A stretch of DNA of 64,000 bases from the NCBI GenBank assembly GCA_042570545.1, contig JBHPGJ010000005.1, positions 5,529-69,528 of the forward strand. The letters are read 5' to 3'. Positions within the stretch are counted from its first letter, which is position 1. Each line of letters opens with the position of its first letter. Below are positions 30,686 to 40,918 of the stretch, piece by piece. The notes beneath the pieces are model-generated. The model made no database searches. It had not been told where the DNA came from and was given only the letters and a program-made list of their open reading frames with translations. Made by a program: the position numbers and the translations under genes. The stretch comes from Patescibacteria group bacterium (GTDB lineage Bacteria; Patescibacteriota; Patescibacteriia; JBHPGJ01).

Positions 30686-31687
30686 TTAAATCAGTTGTTT
30701 GTTTATGGCGGATAGTTTAGCCGGACGATTATAGGCTAATAGTACTTTTTCTGTCGAAGAAAGCAACCGTCTTAATCTTTGCCCCCTGGTATCATTAGTA
30801 ATTGGATTTGACACAATGTTATTTAGATATTTTATAGGCGAGTGATAATGGAATTCCTTGGTTTCTTCGTGCATCTGTTCAATTTTTTCAGCTAAACTTA
30901 CATCATTTATTTTGTTTAGTTCAAAGTTGGGAGATGACTCGACAAAAAATATTTTTTTTATTATTGCTACGTTGGTCAACTCATGTTCGTTTAAATTTAA
31001 ATGATATTTTCCAAATACTTTGTTGCCTGACACCTTACGTCCAATTAGGGTGGCTGTTTCATTTGCAATTCTGACTACTTCAGGAAAGGCATATACTTTG
31101 TCATCCTTATACAATGTAAAATTATCAGCCATTAATTTATAGCCATCATTTAATAATGATAAGGCTAGAGTAGTTTTGCCAGAACCATTAGCACCAGTAA
31201 AGATTAATGCTTCATCATTCTTGGCTACAGTAGCAGCGTGTATGATACTAAAACCATCACGTTCTAATAACCAGAACAGTGGGTAATGCAATAAAAAGCG
31301 TATTATTCTTTGGTACATTTGTAGCTGAAAAGTTTTTCGGTTGATAAGTGAAAGAATTTTGACCATCATTGGCTCATAATACTGCGCTGTTACATCCAGT
31401 TGGTCATCATGATAGTTCATGTTAGCAGTTAGTTTTGTATGGCGATGGGATAATAAGGGGTCATATAATATTGAATTCTTATTTATAATTACGCTGGGAG
31501 AAATATATTTACCGGTGATATTTTTTATTGGGACTGAATAATTTAATACAATATCAGCATGAGAAATGTTTTCAGTGACGAATAATGAATAGTTATTTTT
31601 GATGAAATTTAAAAAATTGTCATCATTAATATTGCATTTAATTTCAAGTCCATGTACTGATAGATTTATTGTTTTTAAATCGGTCAT
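30686..31687 (-). CDS. HprK-related P-loop kinase
   Basis: IHAATV...ALIF-GANGSGKTTL...GYKLMADNF...AFP. Confidence 0.75.
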   Translation of the reverse strand: MTDLKTINLSVHGLEIKCNINDDNFLNFIKNNYSLFVTENISHADIVLNYSVPIKNITGKYISPSVIINKNSILYDPLLSHRHTKLTANMNYHDDQLDVTAQYYEPMMVKILSLINRKTFQLQMYQRIIRFLLHYPLFWLLERDGFSIIHAATVAKNDEALIFTGANGSGKTTLALSLLNDGYKLMADNFTLYKDDKVYAFPEVVRIANETATLIGRKVSGNKVFGKYHLNLNEHELTNVAIIKKIFFVESSPNFELNKINDVSLAEKIEQMHEETKEFHYHSPIKYLNNIVSNPITNDTRGQRLRRLLSSTEKVLLAYNRPAKLSAINKQLI

Positions 31688-34608
31688 TTACTTATTGACA
31701 CATTACTTATGTAGACTCCAATTCCTCTTTCGCTTTCGCGAGTTATCAGTTCCTCGCCGCTTTGTACCACCTTAAAATTAAGATCATTCCAGCCGGACTT
31801 AATACTTGGTAGAATCAAAGTTACAATCTCTTCTTCGATTGTAATGTTTTTACTCAAAATATTGGTGCCATTAAGATCAATATTTAATTCAGTTAAAGGT
31901 AATAAACCACGCAGAGTAAATTCTAATGTATAATCGTCTGAATTATCCGTTGAATATAAGTAAATGGAAGAGTCGCCTTTTAATTCTCTTTCCGCGATAC
32001 CATTACTGGTATGGCTGATCTTGCGCCATTGGCTTTCTCCAAGAACAGGTAGGGGAGTCGTAAAATCAGTAGCCGTGAATACTAACGAGTAATCACCACC
32101 AGTAATTCTCTTAAGTTTTAATGACCCCCAAGTATTTGCAAATTTTTGCATAAAAGTTATATAAGCCTGACGAAGTTTTGTTGAATCAATAGTTAGTGTT
32201 TGCTGATCAAACAAACTTGCAGCCGACTGAATTGTTTGCTTATAATAATCCTCCGAGTAGAAATCCTGGGCTTGCAACCATAAGTCAGGATTGATACTGC
32301 CAGTTATAAGCTGTTGCCATAAGGGAAAGCCGTAAATTTCCGGCCAATCTGTAAGTCCGGGAATGGCTTCTGATAGTCTTGGAATATTGAAATTATTAAA
32401 ATAATAGGCAGTAGGTGTAATTTCTTTCAATTCTTGACCATGGGGATATTTATCTGTACTTATAAACGAATCATCTATTAATGATAATGATGTCACTTTC
32501 ATGTCATTACTTTTAGAGGGATTACGAGCATTCCTAATATTTATTCTTATGGTGTGTTGGCCAGGCGCCAAATTATCTAAAGGCAAAGAAAGTATATTTA
32601 ACTCAGGCCAAGCATAAAAGGTTCGACCAATAAATTTTTCATCTATTTCATGATATACCAATAGCGGCTCATTGTTACTGGTGGTCATTTGCACTGTAAA
32701 GTCTTTCGTAGTTTCACCGGAATTGTTAATAATAATTTCACCCCCATTATCCAGATTTCTGGCTGAAGTATCTTCCGTTGGCTGACTCCAATTTGATTCA
32801 TTCGCTACAGATATGTAACTTTCTGACGTTCCCTGATATTCTGGTACGCGATAGGCTATTAATTTATCGTCTTCATATTCAGTCGGTAGAGATAATACTT
32901 CAGTAATAAATTTCTTAAGCATAATAAAGTTCTCAGGTAAAATTTCATATGGTCCCTGACCGATATATTCTTTACTTAGAGTAACATATTTAATTTTCCA
33001 TTGTTTGAATATGGTCTTAGATAATTGTCTATAGTCATATGATATAACATCGTTAACGCTTTTACCTACTGGTAGTAAGTATAGAAGTTCTCTGATAATT
33101 GGCGTATTTTTTTGTTGATTATATTTATCGGGAGTTTTTCTGGCAAAGTCCAAACCGCCTATTACATCTTTATGATGGATAGCTTGACGATAGCGCGATT
33201 GAGTTTCATAAGTATAGCTGGTACTGCTGGGTATCTCGATTATAGAATAATCATCTGGCTCTGATAGTAACTGATCATAAAAAGCGGGATATTCTAAAGA
33301 AGTGGTAGGCAATGGTACCACAAAATATTCAACACCAATTATTATGATGAATAAACCGGCAACAGCATTTTTTATTTTGTTACTGTCTATTCGACGAAGT
33401 AAATAACTAATACCAAAAGCAGCAGCAATAGCCAGTGCCAGGTAGGAAATTATATCCAAACGATTGACTGAACGTATATTATTAAAAAAAGGTACCAAGG
33501 TAGGAAATAACAAGTATGGCATCGGGATTTTTGGTGATAATATACCGGAAATATGTAGGAATGGTCCTAATGAAAGTATATAAAATCCGATACCGGTGAA
33601 ACCCCAAAATAATGGTTCTTTATATTTTTTAAATAAAGATATCATTACTAATATAATTAGCCCCAATCCTAAGTAGCCAGAATTTTCGGCCGTATTGCCG
33701 GTGAAGCTAGCTCTAATTCCAGAGAAAGTATCACCGAATATTGCACTTAGTTTTGGTGGCACAATGCTACTTAGGGCATCATTTGAGTAAGCGCTGATTT
33801 GATCTAGGGGTACTTGGAGATAGTTATTATCAGAAAATACTATTTGAAATAGATTGCGATAAGAGTATAAGAAAATAATAACGGCAACAATGGCTATAAT
33901 AATCAACCATTTCTTTATTTGCTTGTTATACAAAATTGAAGGATTACGATAGATATAAAAACTAAGTAGAGGAATTAAAAAAATTATATAGAAAACAGCA
34001 AAATGCGGTTCACCATAAATTAATAAAATGAAAAATATTAGGGTATAAAATAAATATTTTAGCTTTTGATGATGTATAGTTTTTAAAAGAAATAGAGTAG
34101 TGAAGGGGATCCATTGAATGTGGGTAGCCCCAGAAAAACCCATTGACCAGGCCAGATGGGCCGGATTAAAAGCAAAAATAAAACCGGCTAATATAGCTGG
34201 CAATTCAAGCTGGTAGATACGGTTTTTAATTGTATCTTTAAAGGTATTGAGGATGACAAATCTGGTTAATAAATAAGTCCCCAAACCAGCCAGAATAAAA
34301 GACAGTAGCCAGAAAATATTATAGCCAAGCGGTACGTCAAATATGAGTGAAAAATAAGAGTACAACTGATTGGTGCCTAATTTTAATGATCCAATGTCAG
34401 CAAAAAAACCACTCAGTTGTCCCTGGGCCTGGTAGTCAGATATTTTATTTAGTATAATTGCCAGGACGTTATGTACATCACCGGGCTGGCCAGGTACTTT
34501 TTCAGTAGCATCTTTAATTAAGGGGTAAGTAAGTGCCAGAGTAGCAATTATATATAGGGCCAGAACAAATAATATGGTCCCTTTTTTTACCTTTAAATCT
34601 GCTTTCAT
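31684..34608 (-). CDS. Large GT-C-type (YfhO-like) membrane protein with extracytoplasmic C-terminal domains
   Basis: TYP...PGD after TM1, AGFIFAFNP, YLG, LSLGP, IR..NR motifs; start taken at the ATG at 34608. Confidence 0.65.
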   Translation of the reverse strand: MKADLKVKKGTILFVLALYIIATLALTYPLIKDATEKVPGQPGDVHNVLAIILNKISDYQAQGQLSGFFADIGSLKLGTNQLYSYFSLIFDVPLGYNIFWLLSFILAGLGTYLLTRFVILNTFKDTIKNRIYQLELPAILAGFIFAFNPAHLAWSMGFSGATHIQWIPFTTLFLLKTIHHQKLKYLFYTLIFFILLIYGEPHFAVFYIIFLIPLLSFYIYRNPSILYNKQIKKWLIIIAIVAVIIFLYSYRNLFQIVFSDNNYLQVPLDQISAYSNDALSSIVPPKLSAIFGDTFSGIRASFTGNTAENSGYLGLGLIILVMISLFKKYKEPLFWGFTGIGFYILSLGPFLHISGILSPKIPMPYLLFPTLVPFFNNIRSVNRLDIISYLALAIAAAFGISYLLRRIDSNKIKNAVAGLFIIIIGVEYFVVPLPTTSLEYPAFYDQLLSEPDDYSIIEIPSSTSYTYETQSRYRQAIHHKDVIGGLDFARKTPDKYNQQKNTPIIRELLYLLPVGKSVNDVISYDYRQLSKTIFKQWKIKYVTLSKEYIGQGPYEILPENFIMLKKFITEVLSLPTEYEDDKLIAYRVPEYQGTSESYISVANESNWSQPTEDTSARNLDNGGEIIINNSGETTKDFTVQMTTSNNEPLLVYHEIDEKFIGRTFYAWPELNILSLPLDNLAPGQHTIRINIRNARNPSKSNDMKVTSLSLIDDSFISTDKYPHGQELKEITPTAYYFNNFNIPRLSEAIPGLTDWPEIYGFPLWQQLITGSINPDLWLQAQDFYSEDYYKQTIQSAASLFDQQTLTIDSTKLRQAYITFMQKFANTWGSLKLKRITGGDYSLVFTATDFTTPLPVLGESQWRKISHTSNGIAERELKGDSSIYLYSTDNSDDYTLEFTLRGLLPLTELNIDLNGTNILSKNITIEEEIVTLILPSIKSGWNDLNFKVVQSGEELITRESERGIGVYISNVSISK

Positions 34609-34717
34609 TCCATAACATACTATCAATTCTATAAGCCAAATACAAGTTGTTTGGGGTTAATTATTGTGGTAGTATTATCTATCACCGCAACTATGATATG
34701 GTTAAATTGAATATCTA

Positions 34718-37321
34718 ATGATAAATTTGCTATCGCCAAATTCCGGTGACAATTTAAATCCGGATATTGGTTTGCCAAGATACAAAAACTGGCGAATCGT
34801 AATCAAGCTCATATCATTTATTGGAATGATAGGGGTGATAGCATTACTGGTTGGGCGATATTTATTGGTTGAAAAATATTTCTGGTTAAGCAGTCTAGAT
34901 GAGATTGTGTTAGTTTTGTTATTTATTGATTTTCTGGTTCTATATTTATCAATGAATTTTAAAACAGCTAAAATCCGATCTATTTTATATTGGTTGCTAA
35001 GTATTCTGTTAATGATGAATTTTGTTTGGGGCATTGCTCAAGTAAATTACCCCCAGGTTGATCTATATTCTTTTAATATCGACCTAAACTATATTTTAAT
35101 TATTGCCGGACTTTTACTAATACCCATAACAAAAACTAAAAAAGCCACTTTTTTTATAGGGTTAATCATTTTTTTATTACTACCCGATACAAGCATTTAC
35201 CCGTTGCTGCTAATTTCTTTACTTGTGTTTTTATTTATACGTGAATTTGTTAAAACAAGTCAAATAACTATACCAAGAGAAGTGATTGTAAGGTTACTTA
35301 TCGGTTTTTTGGGATTACTGTTTCTGATTAATTTAATGAATTTTATTCCGACGAATATTCTGTCCGATGCCATATTGATCATCGATAGTATTTATAAATA
35401 TCATCTTTATATAATTACCCTGATTCTGGCCATAGTACATTTTCATATTTTGCATCGAGTTGAAAATGACAGAATAAAACCATCGATTAGCCAACAGCCT
35501 TCTGGAAAGAAACCATGGCCAATAATTATTGGTTTGGGAGTTGTAACTATAATTTATCTCTTTTTTAGTTTTCAAAGCTGGCGGTTTATTTCAATTGGGG
35601 AGACCAAATGGCTTAATCTAAGAAATGATGAAATAGTTTTAGTTGAGGGTTATGATGATATTTCTCCCGAAGTAGTCAAAGAAACATCTGCCCGCTGTGA
35701 ATCCTATTGGACGGCATACCTTGCAGGAAATATTAAAGCCACTTTTAATAATCCAAATCCTAATGCCTCCCTTTGTTTTTACCACCTGCCTGGTTATCTA
35801 ACTAGAAATGTTACCAGTCTTGATCAATATATTTTAATTGCTCGGGTAACAATTATTGTTCACAACCTTTTAATCTTATATCTCATCTTCTATCTTTTAA
35901 ACCGATTGCTATCGGCGAAACAGGCGCTAATTATAACTGGTTTAATGGGCCTCCAACCACTTTTTATAGGTTATTCTCGGGTATACAATCATGATGCTAT
36001 ACAGGGATTATATGCGGTCAGTTTTATTTTATCTTTACTCTTAGCATTAAAAAGCAAAAGCCGTAAACATCTGGCCTTGGCCGGAGCGATGTTCAGTTTA
36101 GCGCTGTTTACTCAATTCAAAACGCAATATATTGTTCCCTTATTGTTTATTATGCCGATAATAGGCTGGTATCTATGGAACGATAAAAAAATAATTAGTT
36201 TCTTGGCACGTAATCTTTCTTCTTTTTATAAGGCTGCTATCATAATAACTATTATTATAATACCGGCGGTATTAGTATTTCCTAAATTAATTATTGATCG
36301 CTTCTTTTTTTACTACGGTAGCCCGATGGTTCTACTGGCAACTTTTTTCGCCATTATTCTGTTCTTGACTGCTTATTATCGGTTCCATTATATTACGACA
36401 ATTTTTAAATATATTAAGAAGTTAGAAAAGTACTTTGTTAGGATCTTTATTATAGCACTCCTTGGTTTATTCATTACTATTTTATGGCAACAAGATAATA
36501 TATTCAGTAATTATTTATATCAGTATTTTTTACCAAATTTTAGGCCGGCATTATGGACCGCCTCCTCAATATTATTTTATTCTCTGCCGCCAATCGTTTT
36601 ATTGTTTTTAATATTTTGGCTGATTAAATACTATATAAAACCAAAAATTGATTTTTCCTCTCTCTTTGTTATATTATTTTTCCTCAGCTTTATTTTAATT
36701 GCCTTGAATTCTATGGCCACCAGTAATAAGCTGGGCGATGGCTTTGTCGTAGTTGGGTCTAAGTATGTATTTACTATATTACCCTTATTAATTATAGGTT
36801 TAGGTGCGTCAATTACACTAAATAAGATGTCATACAAACGCCTATCGATTATTTTCATTTTTATAATATCTTCGTTAGTTTTCTCTAACCTATCGATAGC
36901 ACCCTTTTATCACGATTATAGTAATTTTTTACTGCCCGATAATCAGATCAATGCGCGCAGTAGCTGGGCGACTGATACAGGAATACTAGCCGATTATATT
37001 AATAGCAATTTTGCTAATGTAGAAGTTTATCATCCCAAGGGTACGTTGGGTTATTTAGTCAGGGAAGATATTAAGGTAATCAGCTGGTCGGATCTTTTTT
37101 GGGAAGAAAATCCTGATTATATTATAGTAACCTGGGACAAAACACATCGCTATGCCAAGATATTTGATTATTACCGGTATAACCTCCAGCCAATTTGGTC
37201 CATTGAACATAATGGCGTAGTGTATGTGGGAATATATAATTTTGATCCGTCAATAGATTATGATCAGCTATTTGAGGAAACTATTGAATTTAATAAATCT
37301 TTGCAAAATTATTTTGATTAA
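34718..37321 (+). CDS. GT-C (PMT/ArnT-like) membrane glycosyltransferase with extra N-terminal TMs
   Basis: GETKW after a TM, P.FIGYSR...HD, LA..T..K; about 20 hydrophobic segments; start uncertain. Confidence 0.62.
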   Translation: MINLLSPNSGDNLNPDIGLPRYKNWRIVIKLISFIGMIGVIALLVGRYLLVEKYFWLSSLDEIVLVLLFIDFLVLYLSMNFKTAKIRSILYWLLSILLMMNFVWGIAQVNYPQVDLYSFNIDLNYILIIAGLLLIPITKTKKATFFIGLIIFLLLPDTSIYPLLLISLLVFLFIREFVKTSQITIPREVIVRLLIGFLGLLFLINLMNFIPTNILSDAILIIDSIYKYHLYIITLILAIVHFHILHRVENDRIKPSISQQPSGKKPWPIIIGLGVVTIIYLFFSFQSWRFISIGETKWLNLRNDEIVLVEGYDDISPEVVKETSARCESYWTAYLAGNIKATFNNPNPNASLCFYHLPGYLTRNVTSLDQYILIARVTIIVHNLLILYLIFYLLNRLLSAKQALIITGLMGLQPLFIGYSRVYNHDAIQGLYAVSFILSLLLALKSKSRKHLALAGAMFSLALFTQFKTQYIVPLLFIMPIIGWYLWNDKKIISFLARNLSSFYKAAIIITIIIIPAVLVFPKLIIDRFFFYYGSPMVLLATFFAIILFLTAYYRFHYITTIFKYIKKLEKYFVRIFIIALLGLFITILWQQDNIFSNYLYQYFLPNFRPALWTASSILFYSLPPIVLLFLIFWLIKYYIKPKIDFSSLFVILFFLSFILIALNSMATSNKLGDGFVVVGSKYVFTILPLLIIGLGASITLNKMSYKRLSIIFIFIISSLVFSNLSIAPFYHDYSNFLLPDNQINARSSWATDTGILADYINSNFANVEVYHPKGTLGYLVREDIKVISWSDLFWEENPDYIIVTWDKTHRYAKIFDYYRYNLQPIWSIEHNGVVYVGIYNFDPSIDYDQLFEETIEFNKSLQNYFD

Positions 37322-37324
37322 TAT

Positions 37325-38614
37325 ATGTTGAGAATTTTTACTAAGGATTTCAAGCAAGGAAAAAATATATTAATTTTTATGTTCTTTAAAGTACTGGGTG
37401 GTGTTTTTGCCGCCTTGCTACCCCTAGCGTTGGCCAAAATACTTGCTCCAGACATAATGGGCTCATTTTCACTGTTTAAGATGATTATTTTTTTCGTCAT
37501 CACGTTTTTTATTGCTCCATTGGCCTATCCGTTTAATATCGAGTCCAATAAAGAATACGCCGCAAGAGGCAAGTCGAATCAGACGTTTACTTCTTTCTTA
37601 ATATACATTGTTTCAACCGTAATTTTGTTTTTTGCTATTTTTGTACTTTTTGGCAAGCAGCTGATCGGCTTTACCGGACTTTCCTATCAAGAATATAAGT
37701 ACATTTTTATTCTAGCCTTCTTAGGACTGGCCCTGTTTCGCATTTTGAATGTATTTTTCTTGGGTCAAAACAAAAAGACAATCCATGCCATTATTGATAC
37801 CGTATATCCTCTGACCCACATAATCTATTTAGTGATTATTTATTATCTTAATATTTTTACCTTAGCCAATGTTCTTCTTGGATATTTTATTGCCGCTGTC
37901 GTGGTCGGTTTAATATCTCTATTTTTCATAGATTATTCTCGAGTGCGACCGCTACAATTTTCTAAAGAAAATTTCAAAGAAATAGGGAGGTTCGGCAGTT
38001 GGGTTATTTTAGGCACAACGGCCGGTTATTTTATCAATTGGGGAGATAATGTTGTGCTAAAGTATTTTGTATCATTATCTGATATTGGTGTGTATAACCT
38101 TGCTTATCAGTTCTTTTTAATGGGCTTAATGCTTCGTTTTTTTATTGGACAATATTATACACCTTTTCTTAGCCAAAAAATTTCCGATAAAGAAAAAATA
38201 ATAAATTATTTCAAGGTAAAAAGGAAGAAAATATTAACCTACTTACTACCCGCTTTTTTAGTTGCTGAATTAGTAATTGGATATGTAATAAGATTGCTTT
38301 TTGATCCTAGTTACTGGGGAGCGATTAATGTTATTAGAATTTTATTGGTGGCAAATATCTTAATGATTATAATCTCATTTCATTTACCAATATTTAATAT
38401 CATTAAAAAATATAAATTAGCTAATATTACTCTAATATTACAACTTACCTTAAACGTGGTATTAAACATTATCCTGGTTCCGTACTGGGGGATTGTGGGG
38501 GCGGCAGTCGCCACTACCGTCGCCTATCTGGTATATGTTATTATAATAGCTATATTATTTAAAAATAAAATTAAACCGGCGCTTAATGATATTTGGATAA
38601 ATAATAAGGAGTAA
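37325..38614 (+). CDS. Wzx-like oligosaccharide flippase
   Basis: WGDNVVL, IGVYNLAY, LVPYWGIVGAAVAT. Confidence 0.85.
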   Translation: MLRIFTKDFKQGKNILIFMFFKVLGGVFAALLPLALAKILAPDIMGSFSLFKMIIFFVITFFIAPLAYPFNIESNKEYAARGKSNQTFTSFLIYIVSTVILFFAIFVLFGKQLIGFTGLSYQEYKYIFILAFLGLALFRILNVFFLGQNKKTIHAIIDTVYPLTHIIYLVIIYYLNIFTLANVLLGYFIAAVVVGLISLFFIDYSRVRPLQFSKENFKEIGRFGSWVILGTTAGYFINWGDNVVLKYFVSLSDIGVYNLAYQFFLMGLMLRFFIGQYYTPFLSQKISDKEKIINYFKVKRKKILTYLLPAFLVAELVIGYVIRLLFDPSYWGAINVIRILLVANILMIIISFHLPIFNIIKKYKLANITLILQLTLNVVLNIILVPYWGIVGAAVATTVAYLVYVIIIAILFKNKIKPALNDIWINNKE

Positions 38615-38657
38615 AAAGAAATTATTTAGTAAAGATGAATAAAAGAAACACCATCAT

Positions 38658-39389
38658 ATGAAGTTTATTATTATCGGTATACAAAGGTCAGGCACAATAA
38701 TGCTGACCGCTTTTCTTAATTCACACCCCCAACTGACTTGTTATGCCGAAGAAGGCGCCCAATTCCTGGAAGAACTAAAAGATAATGAGGGTAGTAATTT
38801 AAAATATAACCACATTTTACCTAATACGCCGCTTCAAAATTACAAAATTTTACACCTGATCAGAAAGGATTTATTTGCCCTGTCACTATCAAAAGTTATT
38901 AATAAGCACCAATCAAAATACGGCCGACCAGCACATATATTTAATCGATCAAAAGCCGAAGATTTAGAATTTCCTATTAGTAGTAATTATCCCAAAAGAA
39001 AATTATTATTATCAACATTACCGCAGTCAGCAAAATCAAGGAATAAACAAAAAAGTCCGGTAAAAATTAACCCTTGGGAAATAAGATGGGAAATGCTTAA
39101 AAATTATTATCAGGTTACTCGTTGGAATGAAAAATTGAAGAAGTATGATCCCCTGGTAATCAACTACGAAGATATTACTCAGGGAGGGGAAGTTAATGTA
39201 ATGCCCCAACCAATTGCCGATAATGTCTGCGACTTTTTAGGAGTTAAACATTGTCAATTAACAACATCAATGAAAAAAGTAAACCCAAAAAATTACGAAG
39301 ATTATATCGTCAACTGGAAAAAAATCAGTAAAATTGGCGGCAGCATTACCAAAAAATACCAAAATAAAATTGAATACCTAATCAAATAA
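38658..39389 (+). CDS. Sulfotransferase (Stf0-like)
   Basis: GIQRSGT..L...LNSHP 5'-PSB loop, LIRKD...S 3'-PB motif, INYED. Confidence 0.78.
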   Translation: MKFIIIGIQRSGTIMLTAFLNSHPQLTCYAEEGAQFLEELKDNEGSNLKYNHILPNTPLQNYKILHLIRKDLFALSLSKVINKHQSKYGRPAHIFNRSKAEDLEFPISSNYPKRKLLLSTLPQSAKSRNKQKSPVKINPWEIRWEMLKNYYQVTRWNEKLKKYDPLVINYEDITQGGEVNVMPQPIADNVCDFLGVKHCQLTTSMKKVNPKNYEDYIVNWKKISKIGGSITKKYQNKIEYLIK

Positions 39390-39394
39390 TAATA

Positions 39395-40213
39395 TCAAAC
39401 TTTTTTTGCTAAGATAAGTCTAGTATCGTTGCAACGGTTTTGATATTGGTGATAAATATTTTTATTTATTTTGGGGTAATAAAGTAAATAATCAACCTGC
39501 TCGATAATTTTGCAGTGATTTTGCAGTATATCAACAATATCGTTCCACTCAATATGATCATCAGGCCAAACGTGAATATCTCCTTCTGCTTGATAGCGCT
39601 TATTAATGAAATTCTTAATAAAAAGACCTTTCACAAAGTTCCAGCTGAATAATTCACCCGATTTCAACGAAGAAGATAATTTTTCCCAAAACGTTTTCTT
39701 GATAAGCTGATAATATTCATTTAATACTGGATTGGGGTGCCAATGATTATTATTGGTTTCGTGGTCGATATATACCAGGCCGTTCTTTTTTGTTACTCGG
39801 ACCATTTCCTCAATGGCTGATAGATAATCTGGTATGTGGTGCAGTACTGAATATGTTGAAACAATATCAAATGAATTATCAGGAAAAGGCAATGTCTGTC
39901 CGTTATAAGGTTTGACTTTCAAATTTGGCGAATTAGATTCTTGGCTCAAAATATTCAATGATTTTTCTGAAACATCACAAGCAGTCACTTGACAACCAAA
40001 ATTGATAAATTTTTTTGTTAAATTCCCCGTACCGGCTCCAAAATCTAATACCTGAATGGATTTTAATTTTGTTCTAGAAATAATATCCTTGATTATATTA
40101 TTCAATCTATGCTGTTCGATATCATTATAAATTTCATCATGTTTTTGATTATACTTACAAGCGATCTTGTCGTGGGTAATACGATTATATTTAATTTGTT
40201 TATTGTCTGTCAT
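39395..40213 (-). CDS. Class I SAM-dependent methyltransferase
   Basis: VLDFGAGTG, LPFPDNSFD, SVLHHIPD, EMVRV.K.NG. Confidence 0.9.
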   Translation of the reverse strand: MTDNKQIKYNRITHDKIACKYNQKHDEIYNDIEQHRLNNIIKDIISRTKLKSIQVLDFGAGTGNLTKKFINFGCQVTACDVSEKSLNILSQESNSPNLKVKPYNGQTLPFPDNSFDIVSTYSVLHHIPDYLSAIEEMVRVTKKNGLVYIDHETNNNHWHPNPVLNEYYQLIKKTFWEKLSSSLKSGELFSWNFVKGLFIKNFINKRYQAEGDIHVWPDDHIEWNDIVDILQNHCKIIEQVDYLLYYPKINKNIYHQYQNRCNDTRLILAKKV

Positions 40214-40252
40214 TGGTAAAGATAATAAATCGAGCCGAGTTAAATGTTCGGA

Positions 40253-40912
40253 TTATTTTCCAAAAGTGTAGCCGAATAATTCAATATCTTCCTGAAAATG
40301 CCGGGCAACAAAATCTTTAGTATACGTATCATAATATTCAGAATAATTTTTGTGTCGACTCACGTTTTTGAACGGTAAAGAGACATCAATTCCGATAGTA
40401 TTTGTCACATAAGAAAAATCATTTTCTAGATTTTCAAATCGGCCGATAAAGTCAACCAGCTGAGCAGACTCAAAATAAAAGAAATCTTTTTGTGTATACA
40501 TCCAATTTTTTACAAACCATTCCAGATAAGAGCGAAAAGAATCTAATTTTTTAACTTTTTTATGACGAATATTATTTTTACTCTGAGATATAAAGTGATA
40601 TAAGGAAACATGGAGATCCCACGGATTTCTTACAAAACCGAATTTAAATGCTTCTTGCCAAAAAGCAGGGTTAATATTATTTTTCACGTCAAATGCAGTC
40701 TGGTGCTTATTAAAAGAGGGAATAAATGGCACGTAACGGCTGATAAAGGGATTTAACCGCTGGCCGAAAGGGGAGCCCTCACAAAGTTTATGAAGCCAGG
40801 CGCTGTGGAGAGGATTGATAACGCCATATGATTTAAGGGCATTGACAATACTTTCTCCCGCCACTTTTCGGTTGTGGATAAAGATAAATTTATTTTTATA
40901 AGAAATTAGCAT
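40253..40912 (-). CDS. Sulfotransferase, family-2 type
   Basis: FIFIH..KVAG.SI, FVRNPWD..VS.Y, DFIGRFENL..D, DIELFGY.F. Confidence 0.85.
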   Translation of the reverse strand: MLISYKNKFIFIHNRKVAGESIVNALKSYGVINPLHSAWLHKLCEGSPFGQRLNPFISRYVPFIPSFNKHQTAFDVKNNINPAFWQEAFKFGFVRNPWDLHVSLYHFISQSKNNIRHKKVKKLDSFRSYLEWFVKNWMYTQKDFFYFESAQLVDFIGRFENLENDFSYVTNTIGIDVSLPFKNVSRHKNYSEYYDTYTKDFVARHFQEDIELFGYTFGK

Positions 40913-40918
40913 AATTGG

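Noticed and set aside
34680-34690. TATCACCGCAA resembling part of a lambda operator in a divergent intergenic region
   Set aside because: No matching second half-site and no phage genes; probably chance.
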